Below are positions 1 to 11,102 of a stretch of 62,716 nt of DNA, in pieces. The translations under genes were made by a program, and so were the position numbers. Source of the stretch: an uncultured Bordetella sp. (GTDB taxonomy: Bacteria; Pseudomonadota; Gammaproteobacteria; Burkholderiales; SG8-39). The stretch is taken from contig CAZTSJ010000263.1 in assembly GCA_964616875.1 (NCBI GenBank), positions 1 to 62,716 on the forward strand, in the 5' to 3' direction. The notes beneath the pieces were generated by a model. That model saw nothing but the letters and a program-made list of their open reading frames with translations, was not told the DNA's origin and ran no database searches. Each line of letters begins with the position of its first letter. Positions within the stretch are counted from its first letter, which is position 1.

Positions 1-421
1 CAGTCTTGCCACGGACGGGCTTTTTCTTCGCGGTGGGGCGCTTCACCTTTGCCGGACGCTTCTTCTTCACCGGCTTGATGTCCAATTTCATCTTCACTTC
101 GTTGTCGCCCCAGAGTTCTTCCAGGTTGTAGTGGCTGCGCACCGCGGGGTGCATCAGGTGGACGACGATATCGCCCAGGTCCACCAGCACCCATTCACCG
201 TTGCGCCGGCCCTCGACCCCGATCACTTTCGCTCCCAGCGCCTTGAGCTTTTCCTGCACGTGCGCGGCGAGCGCATTGACCTGCCGGCTCGAGTCGCCGC
301 TCGCGATCACCACGCGCTCGAAATAGGCGGTTTGCCTGGCGACGTTGAATACCTGGATGTCGCGCCCCTTGACGTCTTCCAGCGCCTCGACCACGGCGCG
401 CTGCTTCTTGCGGATATCCAT
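1..421 (-). CDS. rsfS: ribosomal silencing factor RsfS (iojap family); C-terminus runs off the window edge
   Basis: Minus-strand frame from ATG at 421 reads MDIRKKQRAVVEALEDVKGRDIQVFNV...GEWVLVDLGDIVVHLMHP...EELWGD and stays open to nt 1. ATGA overlap with the nadD stop. Conserved nadD-rsfS synteny. Confidence 0.85.
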   Translation of the reverse strand, partial: MDIRKKQRAVVEALEDVKGRDIQVFNVARQTAYFERVVIASGDSSRQVNALAAHVQEKLKALGAKVIGVEGRRNGEWVLVDLGDIVVHLMHPAVRSHYNLEELWGDNEVKMKLDIKPVKKKRPAKVKRPTAKKKPVRGKT

Positions 422-981
422 CAACGGTAGAGGCCCTTTTTGCGGATGTAATCGAGCACCGGCGACGGCAGCATCGCGGAGACGTCCTCGCCGTGCGCGA
501 TGCGCTCGCGGATGCTGCTTGCGGAGATGGGCAGGGGAGTCATGGAAATTTTCCTCGCCTTTGCATCAAGCTTCGATCCGAGTCTGGCGACAACTGCGAT
601 CTCGCAGAGCTTCTCGAGATCCTTCCAGCGATACCAGGTGTCGCGTTTCGCATACTGATCTGCGCCCAGAAGCAGGATGTAGGTCTTGTCATGATTGCTC
701 TTGTGAAGGGAAGAAAGCGAATCAAAAGTAAAACCACTCGCACCGGGCTGGAGTTCGCGCTCGTCGACCGCGTAGCGCGGCTCGCCGGCGGTCGCCAGTT
801 TGAGCATGGCGAGGCGGTGCGCGGTGGCGGCGACCGGCGCCGGGCGGTAGGGAGGTGCGCCGGTGGGCAGCCAGAGCACTTGCCTGAGCCCCAACTCGCG
901 CAGCGCGGCGGCGGCGATCGCCAGGTGGGCGTTGTGGACAGGGTCGAACGTGCCGCCGAGGATGCCGATCGCCTTTGACAC
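421..981 (-). CDS. nadD: nicotinate-nucleotide adenylyltransferase
   Basis: 186-aa ORF with GILGGTFDPVHNAHL nucleotidyltransferase motif. GTG start shares 1 nt with the proA stop. Confidence 0.92.
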   Translation of the reverse strand: MSKAIGILGGTFDPVHNAHLAIAAAALRELGLRQVLWLPTGAPPYRPAPVAATAHRLAMLKLATAGEPRYAVDERELQPGASGFTFDSLSSLHKSNHDKTYILLLGADQYAKRDTWYRWKDLEKLCEIAVVARLGSKLDAKARKISMTPLPISASSIRERIAHGEDVSAMLPSPVLDYIRKKGLYR

Positions 982-2276
982 TACGTGCGGATCTCTCCGT
1001 GCCCGAGGACAATGTACTTCTGCGTCGTCAGCCCGTCGAGCCCGACCGGGCCGCGCGCGTGCAGCTTGTCGGTGGAGATGCCGATCTCGGCGCCCAGGCC
1101 GTACTCGTAGCCGTCGGCGAAGCGGGTCGAAGCGTTCACGAGCACCGAACTCGAATCCACTTCGCGCAGGAAACGTTCCGCGCGCGCCTGGTCGGCGGTG
1201 ACGATGGCGTCAGTGTGCTGCGAGCCGTATTTGGCGATGTGCGCGATCGCCTCATCGAGGCCCTTCACCACCCGGATCGAGACGATCGGTGCGAGCCACT
1301 CCGTGTAGTAATCCTTCTCCGTTGCCGGTTTTGCAACCTTGATGAGTTTTCGTGTTGCATCGTCACCGCGCATTTCGACATTTTTGTTTTTAAATATGGA
1401 GCCAATCAAAGGCAAAATCCTTGCTGCAATGCCTTCAGCCACCAGCAGCGTCTCCATCGTGTTGCAGGTGCCATAGCGCTGCGTCTTGGCATTGTCGGCG
1501 ATGCGTACCGCCATCTCCGCATCGGCCCGATCGTCGATGTACACATGGCAAACGCCGTCCAGGTGCTTGATCATCGGCACCTTCGCTTCGCGCATCAGGC
1601 GCTCGATCAGGTCCTTGCCGCCGCGCGGCACGATGATGTCGACGTATTGATGCATCGTGATGAGTTCGCCCACCGCGGCGCGGTCGGCGGTGGCGACCGC
1701 CTGCACCGCGTCTTCGGGCAGTCCCGCGGCCTTGAGGCCCGCACGCACGCAGGCAGTGATCGCCTGGTTGGAGCGCAGCGCCTCCGAGCCGCCGCGCAGG
1801 ATGCAGGCGTTGCCGGCTTTCAGGCACAGGCCGGCCGCGTCGGCGGTGACGTTCGGGCGCGACTCGTAGATGATGCCGATGACGCCGAGCGGCACGCGCA
1901 TGCGCCCGACTTCGATGCCCGTTGGCCGCTTCGCCAGCCCGGTAATCGCGCCGACCGGGTCTTCCAGCGCCGCGATGTGTTCAAGGCCTTCCGCCATCTG
2001 CTCGATGCGCGCGGAGTTGAGCGCGAGGCGATCGACGAAGGCGCCGTCGTGGCCGTCCTTCTTTGCCTGCGCGAGGTCGGCGCGGTTCGCTTCCAGCAGC
2101 TCGGCCGCACGGGAGCGGATTTGAGCCGCCATCGCGCGCAGGGCGCGGTTTTTCGCGTCGGTGCCGGCGCGCGCAATTTCGCGCGCCGCCGCGCGTGCCG
2201 CTTTGCCAAGGCCGTGCATGTACGCCGCGACGTCGATCGAGTCGCTACGAATACGCGCCTGAGACTTTGCTTTCAT
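981..2276 (-). CDS. proA: gamma-glutamyl phosphate reductase
   Basis: 431-aa ORF. N-terminal [17 protein letters not shown] and C-terminal [21 protein letters not shown] are typical of ProA. The 5' end overlaps the holA 3' end by about 32 nt if the ATG at 2276 is used. Confidence 0.95.
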   Translation of the reverse strand: MKAKSQARIRSDSIDVAAYMHGLGKAARAAAREIARAGTDAKNRALRAMAAQIRSRAAELLEANRADLAQAKKDGHDGAFVDRLALNSARIEQMAEGLEHIAALEDPVGAITGLAKRPTGIEVGRMRVPLGVIGIIYESRPNVTADAAGLCLKAGNACILRGGSEALRSNQAITACVRAGLKAAGLPEDAVQAVATADRAAVGELITMHQYVDIIVPRGGKDLIERLMREAKVPMIKHLDGVCHVYIDDRADAEMAVRIADNAKTQRYGTCNTMETLLVAEGIAARILPLIGSIFKNKNVEMRGDDATRKLIKVAKPATEKDYYTEWLAPIVSIRVVKGLDEAIAHIAKYGSQHTDAIVTADQARAERFLREVDSSSVLVNASTRFADGYEYGLGAEIGISTDKLHARGPVGLDGLTTQKYIVLGHGEIRT

Positions 2277-3294
2277 TGAGTAATTCTAACCCCAGCCTGA
2301 CGAACTCATCCCACGGCTCGCCAGCGCCGACGCCCTTGCTGGCGCGGTCGATGCCGGCGGCATGCACGATCGCAGCGAGCACCGCGGCCGGCGCCAATCT
2401 GCGTTGCGCCGCCCGGATCGCCGGCTGGCGCCGCTTCCAGACCCTGGCGGCGTCGATCGCCTCGTCAGGCGAACGGCCTCGTGCCACCAGGCCCTGTACC
2501 TGCGCGAGCGTCTGCAGATCACCGCCCAGGATTGCCAGAAGGTAGACCGGCGATTCGCCTTCGCCGCGCAAGCCGTCGATGGCGCGCACGTAACGCTTCA
2601 TGTCTCCGCTAAGCAAGGCGTCGCTGGCGACGAAAGGATCGAAGCGCGCCACCGTGGACACGGCGTTGCGCACCGTTTCGATGTCGAGTTCGCCGCGCGG
2701 CGCGAGCAGGGCGAGTTTCTGGATCTCCTGGTGCGCGGCGAGCAGGTTGCCTTCGACCCGGTCGACGAGGTATTCCATCGCCTCGGCATCGGCACTCTGG
2801 CCGTTGCGCGCGAGCCGCGAGCGCAGCCACTCCGGCAGGCGCGCGAGTTCGACGTTGCGCACTTCGGCGACCACGCCGGCGCTCGAGAGCGCCGTGAACC
2901 ACGGCGCTTTCCAGTACGGTCCCTCCGGGCGCGGCATCGTGACCACGAGCAGGTTGTCCGGATTGGGCTTGGCGCAATAGCGCGAGAGCGCGGCGCCGCC
3001 CTCGACGCCGGGCTTGCCGCTCGGAATGCGCAGCTCGACGATTTTCCTGCCGCCGAAAAGCGAAAGATTGGCGCCGGCATGGAGCAGCTCGCCCCAGTCG
3101 AAACCCCTGCCGGCGACGAACACCTCGCGCTCGTCGTAGCCCTGCTTGCGCGCCGCCGCGCGAATGGCGTCGGCGGCTTCGAGCACGAGCAGGGGCTCGT
3201 CGCCGTGAATCAGATAGGCCGGGGCGAGAGTTGGCGGGGAACGCGCCAGCGCGTTGTTGAGCTGCGCTTCGAGCTGCTCGGCGCGCAGCTGCAT
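2245..3294 (-). CDS. holA: DNA polymerase III delta subunit
   Basis: 349-aa ORF with [11 protein letters not shown]-terminal signature. Conserved leuS-lptE-holA order. Confidence 0.9.
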   Translation of the reverse strand: MQLRAEQLEAQLNNALARSPPTLAPAYLIHGDEPLLVLEAADAIRAAARKQGYDEREVFVAGRGFDWGELLHAGANLSLFGGRKIVELRIPSGKPGVEGGAALSRYCAKPNPDNLLVVTMPRPEGPYWKAPWFTALSSAGVVAEVRNVELARLPEWLRSRLARNGQSADAEAMEYLVDRVEGNLLAAHQEIQKLALLAPRGELDIETVRNAVSTVARFDPFVASDALLSGDMKRYVRAIDGLRGEGESPVYLLAILGGDLQTLAQVQGLVARGRSPDEAIDAARVWKRRQPAIRAAQRRLAPAAVLAAIVHAAGIDRASKGVGAGEPWDEFVRLGLELLNESKVSGAYS

Positions 3295-3789
3295 CTACTG
3301 GGGCGGCTTGGGACGCTGCGCGGCGGCGAGCCGCCGCATGATGAGCTGCACCATGTCGAACTGCATGTCGCGGAAGAGCAGCGCTTCCTCCGTTTCCTTC
3401 GCCAGCACGTCGGTGTCGTTGAAGCTCACGTCGCGCGTGAGCTGCACCGTGCTCAGGGGCAGAAACTCGCCGCCCTTGCCGTCGTGCACGCGAAAAGCGA
3501 CGCGATAGCGCAGCTGGAATTCACGCACCCGGCCCGTCGCGGCGAGCGAGAGGATCTGCTTTTCGCGTATCTCCTGCAGGAAATCGAGCACCGCCTCGGC
3601 TTTCTTCGCATCGTCGATCACCGTGGTGCGGGTGCCCGACTGGATGTTGCGCTTGAGGTCCAGCCCGATGCCGCCGGAGGTGCCCGGAATATGGATCGTC
3701 TCGAAAGGCAGCGGGGCGGCGCCGCGCAGCTGGAAGCCGCATGCGGAAAGCAGGACGGTGATCGCGAGCGCGAGGGCGAAGGTACGCAT
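3295..3789 (-). CDS. lptE: LPS-assembly lipoprotein LptE
   Basis: 164-aa ORF with signal peptide and lipobox (LLSAC-G). Lies immediately downstream of leuS; TGATG junction. Confidence 0.85.
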   Translation of the reverse strand: MRTFALALAITVLLSACGFQLRGAAPLPFETIHIPGTSGGIGLDLKRNIQSGTRTTVIDDAKKAEAVLDFLQEIREKQILSLAATGRVREFQLRYRVAFRVHDGKGGEFLPLSTVQLTRDVSFNDTDVLAKETEEALLFRDMQFDMVQLIMRRLAAAQRPKPPQ

Positions 3790-6338
3790 CAGACAACAAT
3801 ATTGATCAGGCGGCCGGGCACGATGATGGTCTTGCGTATGGCCTTGCCTTCAATGTACTTCTTTACGGCCTCGGCCGCCATCGCTTCGACGGTTTTCTGG
3901 TCCGCGGACTTCGGCAGCTTCGCGCTGCCGCGCGTCTTGCCGTTCACCTGGATCACGTAGTCGATTTCGTCCCGCTCCAGAGCTTTCGCGTCGGGGTCGG
4001 GCCAGGGCGCGTGCATCACGTCTTCGCCGAAGCGCAGCTCGCGCCACAGCGCGTGGCAGACGTGCGGCGTGATCGGCGAGAGTAGCCGCAGCAGGATCGA
4101 GAGCCCTTCCTGCGTGACGTCGTTCTTCACGCCTGGAAGCCTTTCCAGCGCGTTCAATATCTTCATCGCCGCCGAGGCCACGGTATTGAACTGGTGCTTG
4201 CCGAGGTCGTAGTTGGCCTGCTTCAGCACCGCGTGGATCTCGTGGCGGATTTCCCTGTCCTTATCGCTCTGACCTGAATTTCCTCCCGAAAAATTCAAAC
4301 CATAATTCCACAGCCGCTTGAGGAAGCGGTATGAGCCTTCGACGCCCTCGTCGGACCACTCGAGCGTGCTCGTGGGGGGCGAGGCGAAGATGATGAAGAA
4401 GCGCGCGGTGTCGGCGCCGTATTTCTCGATCAGCTGCTGCGGATCGACGCCGTTGTTGCGCGACTTCGACATGGTGCCGATGCCGTCGAAGACGACGTCG
4501 GTGCCGTCCTGCATTTTCGCGGAGAGTATTTTTCCCTTCGCATCGCGCGCGAGCACCACCGCCGAGGGGTGTACCCACTCGCGGCGGCCTTCCGGGGTAT
4601 CTCGGTAGTAGGTCTCCGCGAGCACCATGCCCTGCGTGAGCAGCCGGGTGAAGGGTTCCGACACGCCCTTGAGCAAGCCCTCGTCGCGCATCACGCGCGT
4701 GACGAAGCGCGCATACAGCAGGTGCAGGATGGCGTGCTCGATGCCGCCGATGTACTGGTCCACGGCCATCCAGTACCCCGCGCGCGCATCCACCATCGCG
4801 TTCGCCTGGTCGGGACAGGCGAAGCGCGCGAAGTACCAGGACGAATCGACGAAAGTGTCCATGGTGTCGGTTTCGCGCCGCGCCGGCTTGCCGCAGGACG
4901 GGCAGTTCGTTTCGTAAAACGCCGGCAGCTTGGCGAGCGGATTGCCCGTGCCGTCGGGCACCAGGTGCTCGGGGAGGACCACCGGCAACTGCGCATCGGG
5001 CACTGCCACATCGCCGCAGGCGGTGCAATGCACGATCGGGATCGGGCAGCCCCAGTAGCGCTGGCGTGAAATGCCCCAGTCGCGCAGGCGCCACTGCACC
5101 TGTTTCTCGCCGAGCTTTTTCGCCTTCAGGTCGGCGGCGATGGCATCCACCGAGGCCTGGAAATCCAGGCCGTCGTACTTGCCGGAGTTGATGCACTTGC
5201 CGTGGTCCGTGTAGTGCTCGGCCCACTGGTCGGTGGCGAAATCCCTGACGTCGATGACCTGCGGTATCGGCAGGCCGTATTTATTGGCAAAGTGAAAATC
5301 TCTTTCGTCGTGCGCCGGCACGCCCATCACCGCGCCTTCGCCGTAGGTCATGAGCACGTAGTTGCCGACCCAGACCGGAAGTTTCTTGCCGCTGATCGGG
5401 TGCGTGCAGAACATGCCGGTGGGCATGCCCTTTTTTTCGATCTGCGCCAGTTCCGCCTCGAGCACGGTGCCGCGCTTGCATTCCTCGACGAACGCAGCGA
5501 GTTCCTTGTTGCTTTTCGCCGCATGCGTGGCGATCGGGTGCTCCGCCGCTACCGCGCAGAACGACGTGCCCATCAGCGTGTCGGCGCGAGTGGTGAATAC
5601 CCACAAAACACGCTTTTGTTTTTCTATTTCATATTCAAAACCAATCCGTACCCCTTCCGAGCGGCCGAGCCAGTTCTTCTGCATCAGCTTGACCTGCTCG
5701 GGCCAACCGGATAGATCCTGTAGCGCGCCCAATAGTTCATCGGCGTATTGCGTGATGCGCAGGAAGTACATCGGGATCTCGCGCTTCTCCACCGGCGCGC
5801 CGGTGCGCCAGCCGCGGCCCTCGATCACCTGCTCATTCGCCAACACCGTCTGGTCGACCGGGTCCCAGTTGACGACGCCGGTCTTCTTGTAAGCGATGCC
5901 CTTCCTGAACAGGCGCGTGAAAAGCCACTGGTTCCATTTGTAGAAGCTCGCGTCGCAGGTGGCGAGCTCGCGCTCCCAGTCAAGCGCGAACCCCAGGTTT
6001 TTCAGCTGCTGCTTCATGTAAGCGATGTTGTCGCGCGTCCATTTCGCTGGCGGCACCTTGTTCGCCATCGCCGCGTTCTCGGCGGGCAGGCCGAAAGCGT
6101 CCCAGCCCATCGGTTGCAGCACGTTCATGCCGCGCATGCGGTGGTGCCGCGTGATAACGTCGCCGATGGTGTAGTTCCTGACGTGCCCCATGTGCAGCTT
6201 CCCGGAAGGGTAGGGAAACATCGACAGGCAGTAGAATTTGGGGCGCGACGGGTCCTCCGTGACGCGGAACGAGCGCCGCGACTCCCAGAACGACTGGGCG
6301 TCGCTTTCGATGCTGCGGGGATCGTAACGGTCGAGCAT
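3789..6338 (-). CDS. leuS: leucine--tRNA ligase
   Basis: 849-aa ORF with class I HIGH region ([15 protein letters not shown]) and KMSKS-type loop ([10 protein letters not shown]). Confidence 0.98.
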   Translation of the reverse strand: MLDRYDPRSIESDAQSFWESRRSFRVTEDPSRPKFYCLSMFPYPSGKLHMGHVRNYTIGDVITRHHRMRGMNVLQPMGWDAFGLPAENAAMANKVPPAKWTRDNIAYMKQQLKNLGFALDWERELATCDASFYKWNQWLFTRLFRKGIAYKKTGVVNWDPVDQTVLANEQVIEGRGWRTGAPVEKREIPMYFLRITQYADELLGALQDLSGWPEQVKLMQKNWLGRSEGVRIGFEYEIEKQKRVLWVFTTRADTLMGTSFCAVAAEHPIATHAAKSNKELAAFVEECKRGTVLEAELAQIEKKGMPTGMFCTHPISGKKLPVWVGNYVLMTYGEGAVMGVPAHDERDFHFANKYGLPIPQVIDVRDFATDQWAEHYTDHGKCINSGKYDGLDFQASVDAIAADLKAKKLGEKQVQWRLRDWGISRQRYWGCPIPIVHCTACGDVAVPDAQLPVVLPEHLVPDGTGNPLAKLPAFYETNCPSCGKPARRETDTMDTFVDSSWYFARFACPDQANAMVDARAGYWMAVDQYIGGIEHAILHLLYARFVTRVMRDEGLLKGVSEPFTRLLTQGMVLAETYYRDTPEGRREWVHPSAVVLARDAKGKILSAKMQDGTDVVFDGIGTMSKSRNNGVDPQQLIEKYGADTARFFIIFASPPTSTLEWSDEGVEGSYRFLKRLWNYGLNFSGGNSGQSDKDREIRHEIHAVLKQANYDLGKHQFNTVASAAMKILNALERLPGVKNDVTQEGLSILLRLLSPITPHVCHALWRELRFGEDVMHAPWPDPDAKALERDEIDYVIQVNGKTRGSAKLPKSADQKTVEAMAAEAVKKYIEGKAIRKTIIVPGRLINIVV

Positions 6339-6369
6339 GGAAGCGGCGGATTATAAAGGAGGGTTTCAC

Positions 6370-7320
6370 ATGAAGAGTTTCCTGTGGCCGGCAATTTTTC
6401 TCTCCTGCACGGGCGCGGCCCATGCGCAGGGCTGGCCGGTGAAGCCCGTGCGCATGGTGGTCGCCTTCGCGCCCGGCGGCTCGACAGATATCGCGGTGCG
6501 CCTCCTCGCCGAACGCATCGCGCCGGCGCTGGGACAGCCGGTGCTGGTCGAGAACCGCGCCGGGGCAAGCGGCAACGTCGCCGCGGAATACGTCGTCAAG
6601 CAACCCGCCGATGGACATCTGGTGCTGGCGACGGCCGACGCGCTCGCTTCCACGCCGCACCTGTACAAGCTTGCTTTCGATCCGGCGAAGGAGTTCGTGC
6701 CGGTGATCCAGCTCACGCGCCAGCCGGTGGTACTCGCCGCGCATCCTTCGCTGGGCGTCAGCAGCGTCGCGGAACTCGTCGCACTGGCGAAGGCGAAGCC
6801 CGGTCTGGGCTACGCCACCTCGGGATCGGGTTCCCTGCAGCACATGGCTGGCGAGTGGTTCGCGAAGCTGGCCGGCATCCAGCTCACCCATGTCCCGTAC
6901 AAAGGCGGCGGACAGGCAGTGACCGATCTGGTCGGCGGCCAGGTGCCGCTGGGTTCGCTCGGCAACACGCCCCTGCTGCCGCACTACCGCGCGGGAAAGC
7001 TGAAAATTCTCGCGCAGACCACGGGCACACGTTCCGCGTCCTTGCCCGATGTGCCGACGTATGAAGAGGCCGGCCAGCGCGGGTTGGTGCTCGAGCAGTG
7101 GCTGGGCCTTTTCCTCGCCGCGGGCTCCCCGAGCGCCGCGGTCGCGCGCCTCAACGCCGAGGTCGGCAAGGCGCTCGCAGAGCCGGCGGTGCTGGAGCGA
7201 TTCACGCAGGTCGGGCTCGAAGCCGTCGGCGGCACGCCGCAGGAGTTCGCCAGGCTCTACCGCGAGGACTATGAGAAGTACGCGCGGCTTACCCGGGAAC
7301 TGAACATCAAGCTGGATTGA
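6370..7320 (+). CDS. Bug/TctC-family tripartite tricarboxylate transporter substrate-binding protein
   Basis: ORF trimmed to the ATG at 6370, preceded by AAAGGAGGG. Signal peptide, then WPVKPVRMVVAFAPGGSTDIAVR, typical of Bug proteins. No tctA/tctB membrane genes adjacent. Confidence 0.85.
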   Translation: MKSFLWPAIFLSCTGAAHAQGWPVKPVRMVVAFAPGGSTDIAVRLLAERIAPALGQPVLVENRAGASGNVAAEYVVKQPADGHLVLATADALASTPHLYKLAFDPAKEFVPVIQLTRQPVVLAAHPSLGVSSVAELVALAKAKPGLGYATSGSGSLQHMAGEWFAKLAGIQLTHVPYKGGGQAVTDLVGGQVPLGSLGNTPLLPHYRAGKLKILAQTTGTRSASLPDVPTYEEAGQRGLVLEQWLGLFLAAGSPSAAVARLNAEVGKALAEPAVLERFTQVGLEAVGGTPQEFARLYREDYEKYARLTRELNIKLD

Positions 7321-7368
7321 AGCCGGCAGCGCGGCGGCGCAATCCACGCGTGAGATAATGCGCGCGCT

Positions 7369-9528
7369 TTGTCGTTGCATCTCGAACTCCTCAACCCCGA
7401 ACAGCTGGCCGCGGTCACCCTGCACGACGGTGAAACTGCAGGGCACGCACTCGTGCTCGCGGGCGCCGGCAGCGGCAAGACGCGCGTCCTCACCACGCGC
7501 ATCGCCTGGCTCATCACCTCAGGGCATGTGACGCCCGGCGGCGTGCTGGCGGTGACGTTCACCAACAAGGCGGCGCGCGAGATGGTGACGCGCCTTACCG
7601 CGATGCTGCCGGTGAGCCCGCGCGGACTCTGGATCGGCACCTTTCACGGCCTCGCCAACCGCCTGCTGCGCTCGCACCACCAGGAAGCCGGGCTGCCGCG
7701 CGAGTTCCAGATCCTCGACACGCAGGACCAGCTCTCGGCGGTGAAGCGCCTGGCGAAAAGCCTCAACATCGACGAGGACCGCTTCCCGCCGCGCGACCTG
7801 CAGCGCTTCATCAACGGCCAAAAGGAAGAGGGGCTGCGCGCCGGCGACGTGCCGGTGGGCGATGACATCACGCGCCGGCAGGTGGCGTTCTTCGCCGCCT
7901 ATGACGAGCAGTGCCAGCGCGAGGGCGTCGCGGATTTCGCCGAGCTGCTCCTGCGTAGCTTCGAATTGCTGCATAGAAATGAAATATTGCGGCAGCACTA
8001 CCAGGCGCGCTTTCGCTACATCCTGGTGGACGAGTTCCAGGACACGAACCGGCTGCAGTACCGCTGGCTGAAGCAGTTCGCGGGGCCCGAATCCGTGCTC
8101 TTCGCGGTAGGCGACGACGACCAGTCGATCTACGGCTTCCGCGGCGCCAATGTCGGCAACCTGGCGGAGTTCGAAAAGGAATACTCGAAAGGCAAGGTGG
8201 TGCGCCTGGAGCAGAACTACCGCTCGCAGGGCAACATCCTCGATGCGGCGAACGCGCTGATTGCCAACAACCGCCAGCGCCTGGGCAAGAACCTGTGGAC
8301 CGCCGCCGGGCCAGGCGATCCGCTGCGCGTCTTCGAGGGCGAAAGCGACGCCGACGAGGCGCGCTTCATCGCCGAGGAGGCGAGCGCGCTCAAGCGTGAA
8401 GGCATGCGCCTGGTGGACGTCGCGGTGCTGTACCGCTCGAACGCGCAGTCGCGCGTGCTGGAGCACGCGCTTTTCGGCGCCGCGATCGCCTACCGCGTCT
8501 ACGGCGGGCTGCGCTTCTTCGAGCGCGCCGAGGTCAAGCACGCGCTCGGCTACCTGCGGCTGATCGCCAACACCGCGGACGACACCTCGTTCCTGCGCGT
8601 CGCCAATTTCCCGCCGCGCGGCATCGGCGCGCGCAGCATGGAACAGTTGCAGGACACGGCGAAGAAGAATGGAACTTCACTTTTTGATGCCGTTGACCTT
8701 AAAGGAAAAGCAGGAAATTTCAAAAAGCTCATAGAAGAGCTAAAAACAGAAACCAAGGATCTGCCGCTGCCTGAAATGGTGGAGCACGTGATCCACCGCA
8801 GCGGCCTGATCGAGCACTACAAGAACGAGCGCGAAGGCGCCGAGCGGGTCGAGAACCTGGAAGAACTGGTCAACGCCGCGGCCGCTTTCACGCAGGCGGA
8901 AAATAATCCGGAGGCGGTGGAGGAAATCAGTCCGCTCGTCGCCTTCCTCACCCATGCCGCGCTTGAAGCAGGCGAGCACCAGGCTGCCGAGGGCCAGGAC
9001 GCGCTGCAGCTGATGACGGTGCATTCGGCCAAGGGCCTGGAGTTCGACGCCGTGTTCATGAGCGGGCTGGAGGAGGGCCTCTTTCCGCACGAGCAGAGCG
9101 CGATGGAAAAGGATGGCCTCGAAGAAGAGCGGCGCCTCGCCTACGTCGCCATCACGCGCGCGCGCAAGCGCCTGTACCTGACGTTCGCGCAAACGCGGAT
9201 GCTGCATGGCCAGACACGCTACAGCCTCGCTTCGCGATTCCTGGAGGAGATTCCCGAAGGCCTGAAGAAGTGGCTGACGCCCAGGATCGCGAGACGCAGG
9301 GAGTTTGCATTTGCAGCATCACCCCAGAAAAAGGAAAAATTTTTCCAGGACAGAACCGCCGACGCCATTGGTTTCCGCATCGGCCAGAACGTGACGCATC
9401 CGAAATTCGGCGGCGGCGTGATCGTCGATGCCGAGGGCGACGGCGGCGATGCGCGCGTGCAGGTGAACTTCGGCCGCCAGGGCGTGAAATGGCTCGCCGT
9501 CGCCGTGGCCAAGCTCCAGGCTGCGTAA
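7369..9528 (+). CDS. uvrD: DNA helicase II (UvrD family, SF1)
   Basis: 719-aa ORF with Walker A AGAGSGKT, DEFQDTN motif and C-terminal HPKFGGGVIV...VNF..GVKWL tail. TTG start at 7369 (or 7375). Confidence 0.92.
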   Translation: MSLHLELLNPEQLAAVTLHDGETAGHALVLAGAGSGKTRVLTTRIAWLITSGHVTPGGVLAVTFTNKAAREMVTRLTAMLPVSPRGLWIGTFHGLANRLLRSHHQEAGLPREFQILDTQDQLSAVKRLAKSLNIDEDRFPPRDLQRFINGQKEEGLRAGDVPVGDDITRRQVAFFAAYDEQCQREGVADFAELLLRSFELLHRNEILRQHYQARFRYILVDEFQDTNRLQYRWLKQFAGPESVLFAVGDDDQSIYGFRGANVGNLAEFEKEYSKGKVVRLEQNYRSQGNILDAANALIANNRQRLGKNLWTAAGPGDPLRVFEGESDADEARFIAEEASALKREGMRLVDVAVLYRSNAQSRVLEHALFGAAIAYRVYGGLRFFERAEVKHALGYLRLIANTADDTSFLRVANFPPRGIGARSMEQLQDTAKKNGTSLFDAVDLKGKAGNFKKLIEELKTETKDLPLPEMVEHVIHRSGLIEHYKNEREGAERVENLEELVNAAAAFTQAENNPEAVEEISPLVAFLTHAALEAGEHQAAEGQDALQLMTVHSAKGLEFDAVFMSGLEEGLFPHEQSAMEKDGLEEERRLAYVAITRARKRLYLTFAQTRMLHGQTRYSLASRFLEEIPEGLKKWLTPRIARRREFAFAASPQKKEKFFQDRTADAIGFRIGQNVTHPKFGGGVIVDAEGDGGDARVQVNFGRQGVKWLAVAVAKLQAA

Positions 9529-9558
9529 AAATGCTAGGCTGAGCCACGTACTCGGAAA

Positions 9559-11100
9559 ATGCGACGCAACGATTACCTCGAAAGAATTCTGAAGGCGCGC
9601 GTCTACGATGTGGCCTCGCAGACGCCGCTCGAACTCGCGCCGGGTTTGTCGCGGCGGCTCGGCAACCGGCTCCTGCTCAAGCGCGAGGACCTGCAGCCGG
9701 TGTTTTCCTTCAAGCTGCGCGGCGCCTACAACAAGATGGTCAACCTCTCGCCGGCGAAGCTGGCCAAGGGCGTGATCGCCTCGAGCGCGGGCAACCACGC
9801 CCAGGGCGTGGCGCTGGCGGCGCAGAAGCTTGGCTGCCGCGCGGTGATCGTGATGCCGGTGACCGCGCCGAAGATCAAGGTGGATGCAGTCGCGGCGCGC
9901 GGCGCGCAGGTGATCCTGCGCGGCGACAGCTACTCGGATGCCTACCGCTATGCGATGCAGTTGAAGCGCAGGCGCGGCCTGACTTTCGTCCACCCGCACG
10001 ACGACCCGGACGTGATCGCGGGGCAGGGCACCATCGGCATGGAGATCCTGCGCCAGAGTGCGCGGCCGATCCATGCCGTCTTCGTCGCGGTCGGCGGCGG
10101 GGGCCTGATCGGAGGCATCGCCGCTTACATCAAGCGCCTGCGGCCTTCGGTGCGCGTGATCGGCGTCGAGCCGGTGGATTCGGATGCCATGACGCGCTCG
10201 CTCAAGGCAGGCCGGCGCGTGGTGCTCGATCACGTCGGCCTTTTCGCCGATGCGGTGGCGGTGAAGCAGGTGGGCAAGGAGTGCTTCCGGCTGGCGAAGC
10301 AATTCGTCGACGAGATGGTGCTAGTGGACACGGATGAAATGTGCGCCGCGATCAAGGACGTGTTCGAGGACACGCGCGTGGTGCTCGAGCCCTCGGGCGC
10401 GCTCGCGATCGCTGGCGCCAAGGCCTGGGTGGCGCGCCACGAGGAACGCGGCCGGAAAATCCGCGGCAAGACCCTGGTCGCGGTGGCCTGCGGCGCGAAT
10501 GCGAACTTCGACCGGCTGCGCTTCGTTGCCGAGCGTGCCGAGGTCGGCGAGCACCGCGAGGCGGTGCTCGCGACGACGCTGCCCGAGCGGCGCGGCAGCT
10601 TCCGGCGCTTCTGCCGCGCGCTGGGCGGCCGCAACATCACCGAGTTCAACTACCGCATGTCGGACCCGCGCGAGGCGCACATTTTCGTCGGCGTCACGGT
10701 GCACGACCGCGACGAGACCGCGCGCATCGTAAAAAGCCTCAAGCGCGGCGGCTTCGGCACCCTGGACCTGTCGGACGACGAAGTCGCCAAGGGCCACATG
10801 CGCCACATGGTCGGCGGCCACCTGCCGCGCCCCGGATCGGGTAGCGCGAAGGAACTCCTCTACCGCTTCGAATTCCCGGAACGGCGCGGCGCGCTCATGA
10901 AGTTCCTCACCGCGCTCAATCCGGGCTGGAACATCAGCCTGTTCAACTACCGCAACCTGGGCGCCGACTACGGCTCGATCCTGGTCGGGCTGCAGGTGCC
11001 GAAAAAGGAGATGGGCGAATTCCGCCGCTTCCTTGGCAAGCTCGGCTACTACTACGCCGACGAAACCCGCAATCCGGCGTATCGCCTCTTCCTCGCCTGA
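9559..11100 (+). CDS. ilvA: biosynthetic threonine ammonia-lyase (threonine dehydratase)
   Basis: 513-aa ORF with PLP-lysine motif FSFKLRGAYN and a long C-terminal regulatory half. Confidence 0.95.
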   Translation: MRRNDYLERILKARVYDVASQTPLELAPGLSRRLGNRLLLKREDLQPVFSFKLRGAYNKMVNLSPAKLAKGVIASSAGNHAQGVALAAQKLGCRAVIVMPVTAPKIKVDAVAARGAQVILRGDSYSDAYRYAMQLKRRRGLTFVHPHDDPDVIAGQGTIGMEILRQSARPIHAVFVAVGGGGLIGGIAAYIKRLRPSVRVIGVEPVDSDAMTRSLKAGRRVVLDHVGLFADAVAVKQVGKECFRLAKQFVDEMVLVDTDEMCAAIKDVFEDTRVVLEPSGALAIAGAKAWVARHEERGRKIRGKTLVAVACGANANFDRLRFVAERAEVGEHREAVLATTLPERRGSFRRFCRALGGRNITEFNYRMSDPREAHIFVGVTVHDRDETARIVKSLKRGGFGTLDLSDDEVAKGHMRHMVGGHLPRPGSGSAKELLYRFEFPERRGALMKFLTALNPGWNISLFNYRNLGADYGSILVGLQVPKKEMGEFRRFLGKLGYYYADETRNPAYRLFLA

Positions 11101-11102
11101 GC

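Noticed and set aside
2362-3960. 532-aa plus-strand ORF spanning holA, lptE and the leuS 3' end
   Set aside because: It is antisense to three well-supported genes. The translation is Arg/Ala/Gly/His-rich, low in complexity, and has no family resemblance. This is the typical shadow ORF of GC-rich DNA.
7321-7368. LexA (SOS) box CTGT-N8-ACAG upstream of uvrD, and likewise upstream of the ydjM-like gene at 31716-31728
   Set aside because: No CTGT...ACAG-type palindrome is present in either short upstream region.
5980-7446. 488-aa minus-strand ORF crossing the leuS 5' end, the Bug gene and the uvrD start
   Set aside because: It spans a divergent promoter region and lies antisense to the Bug gene. 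Its composition (R/A/G/P-rich) and lack of motifs indicate a shadow ORF.
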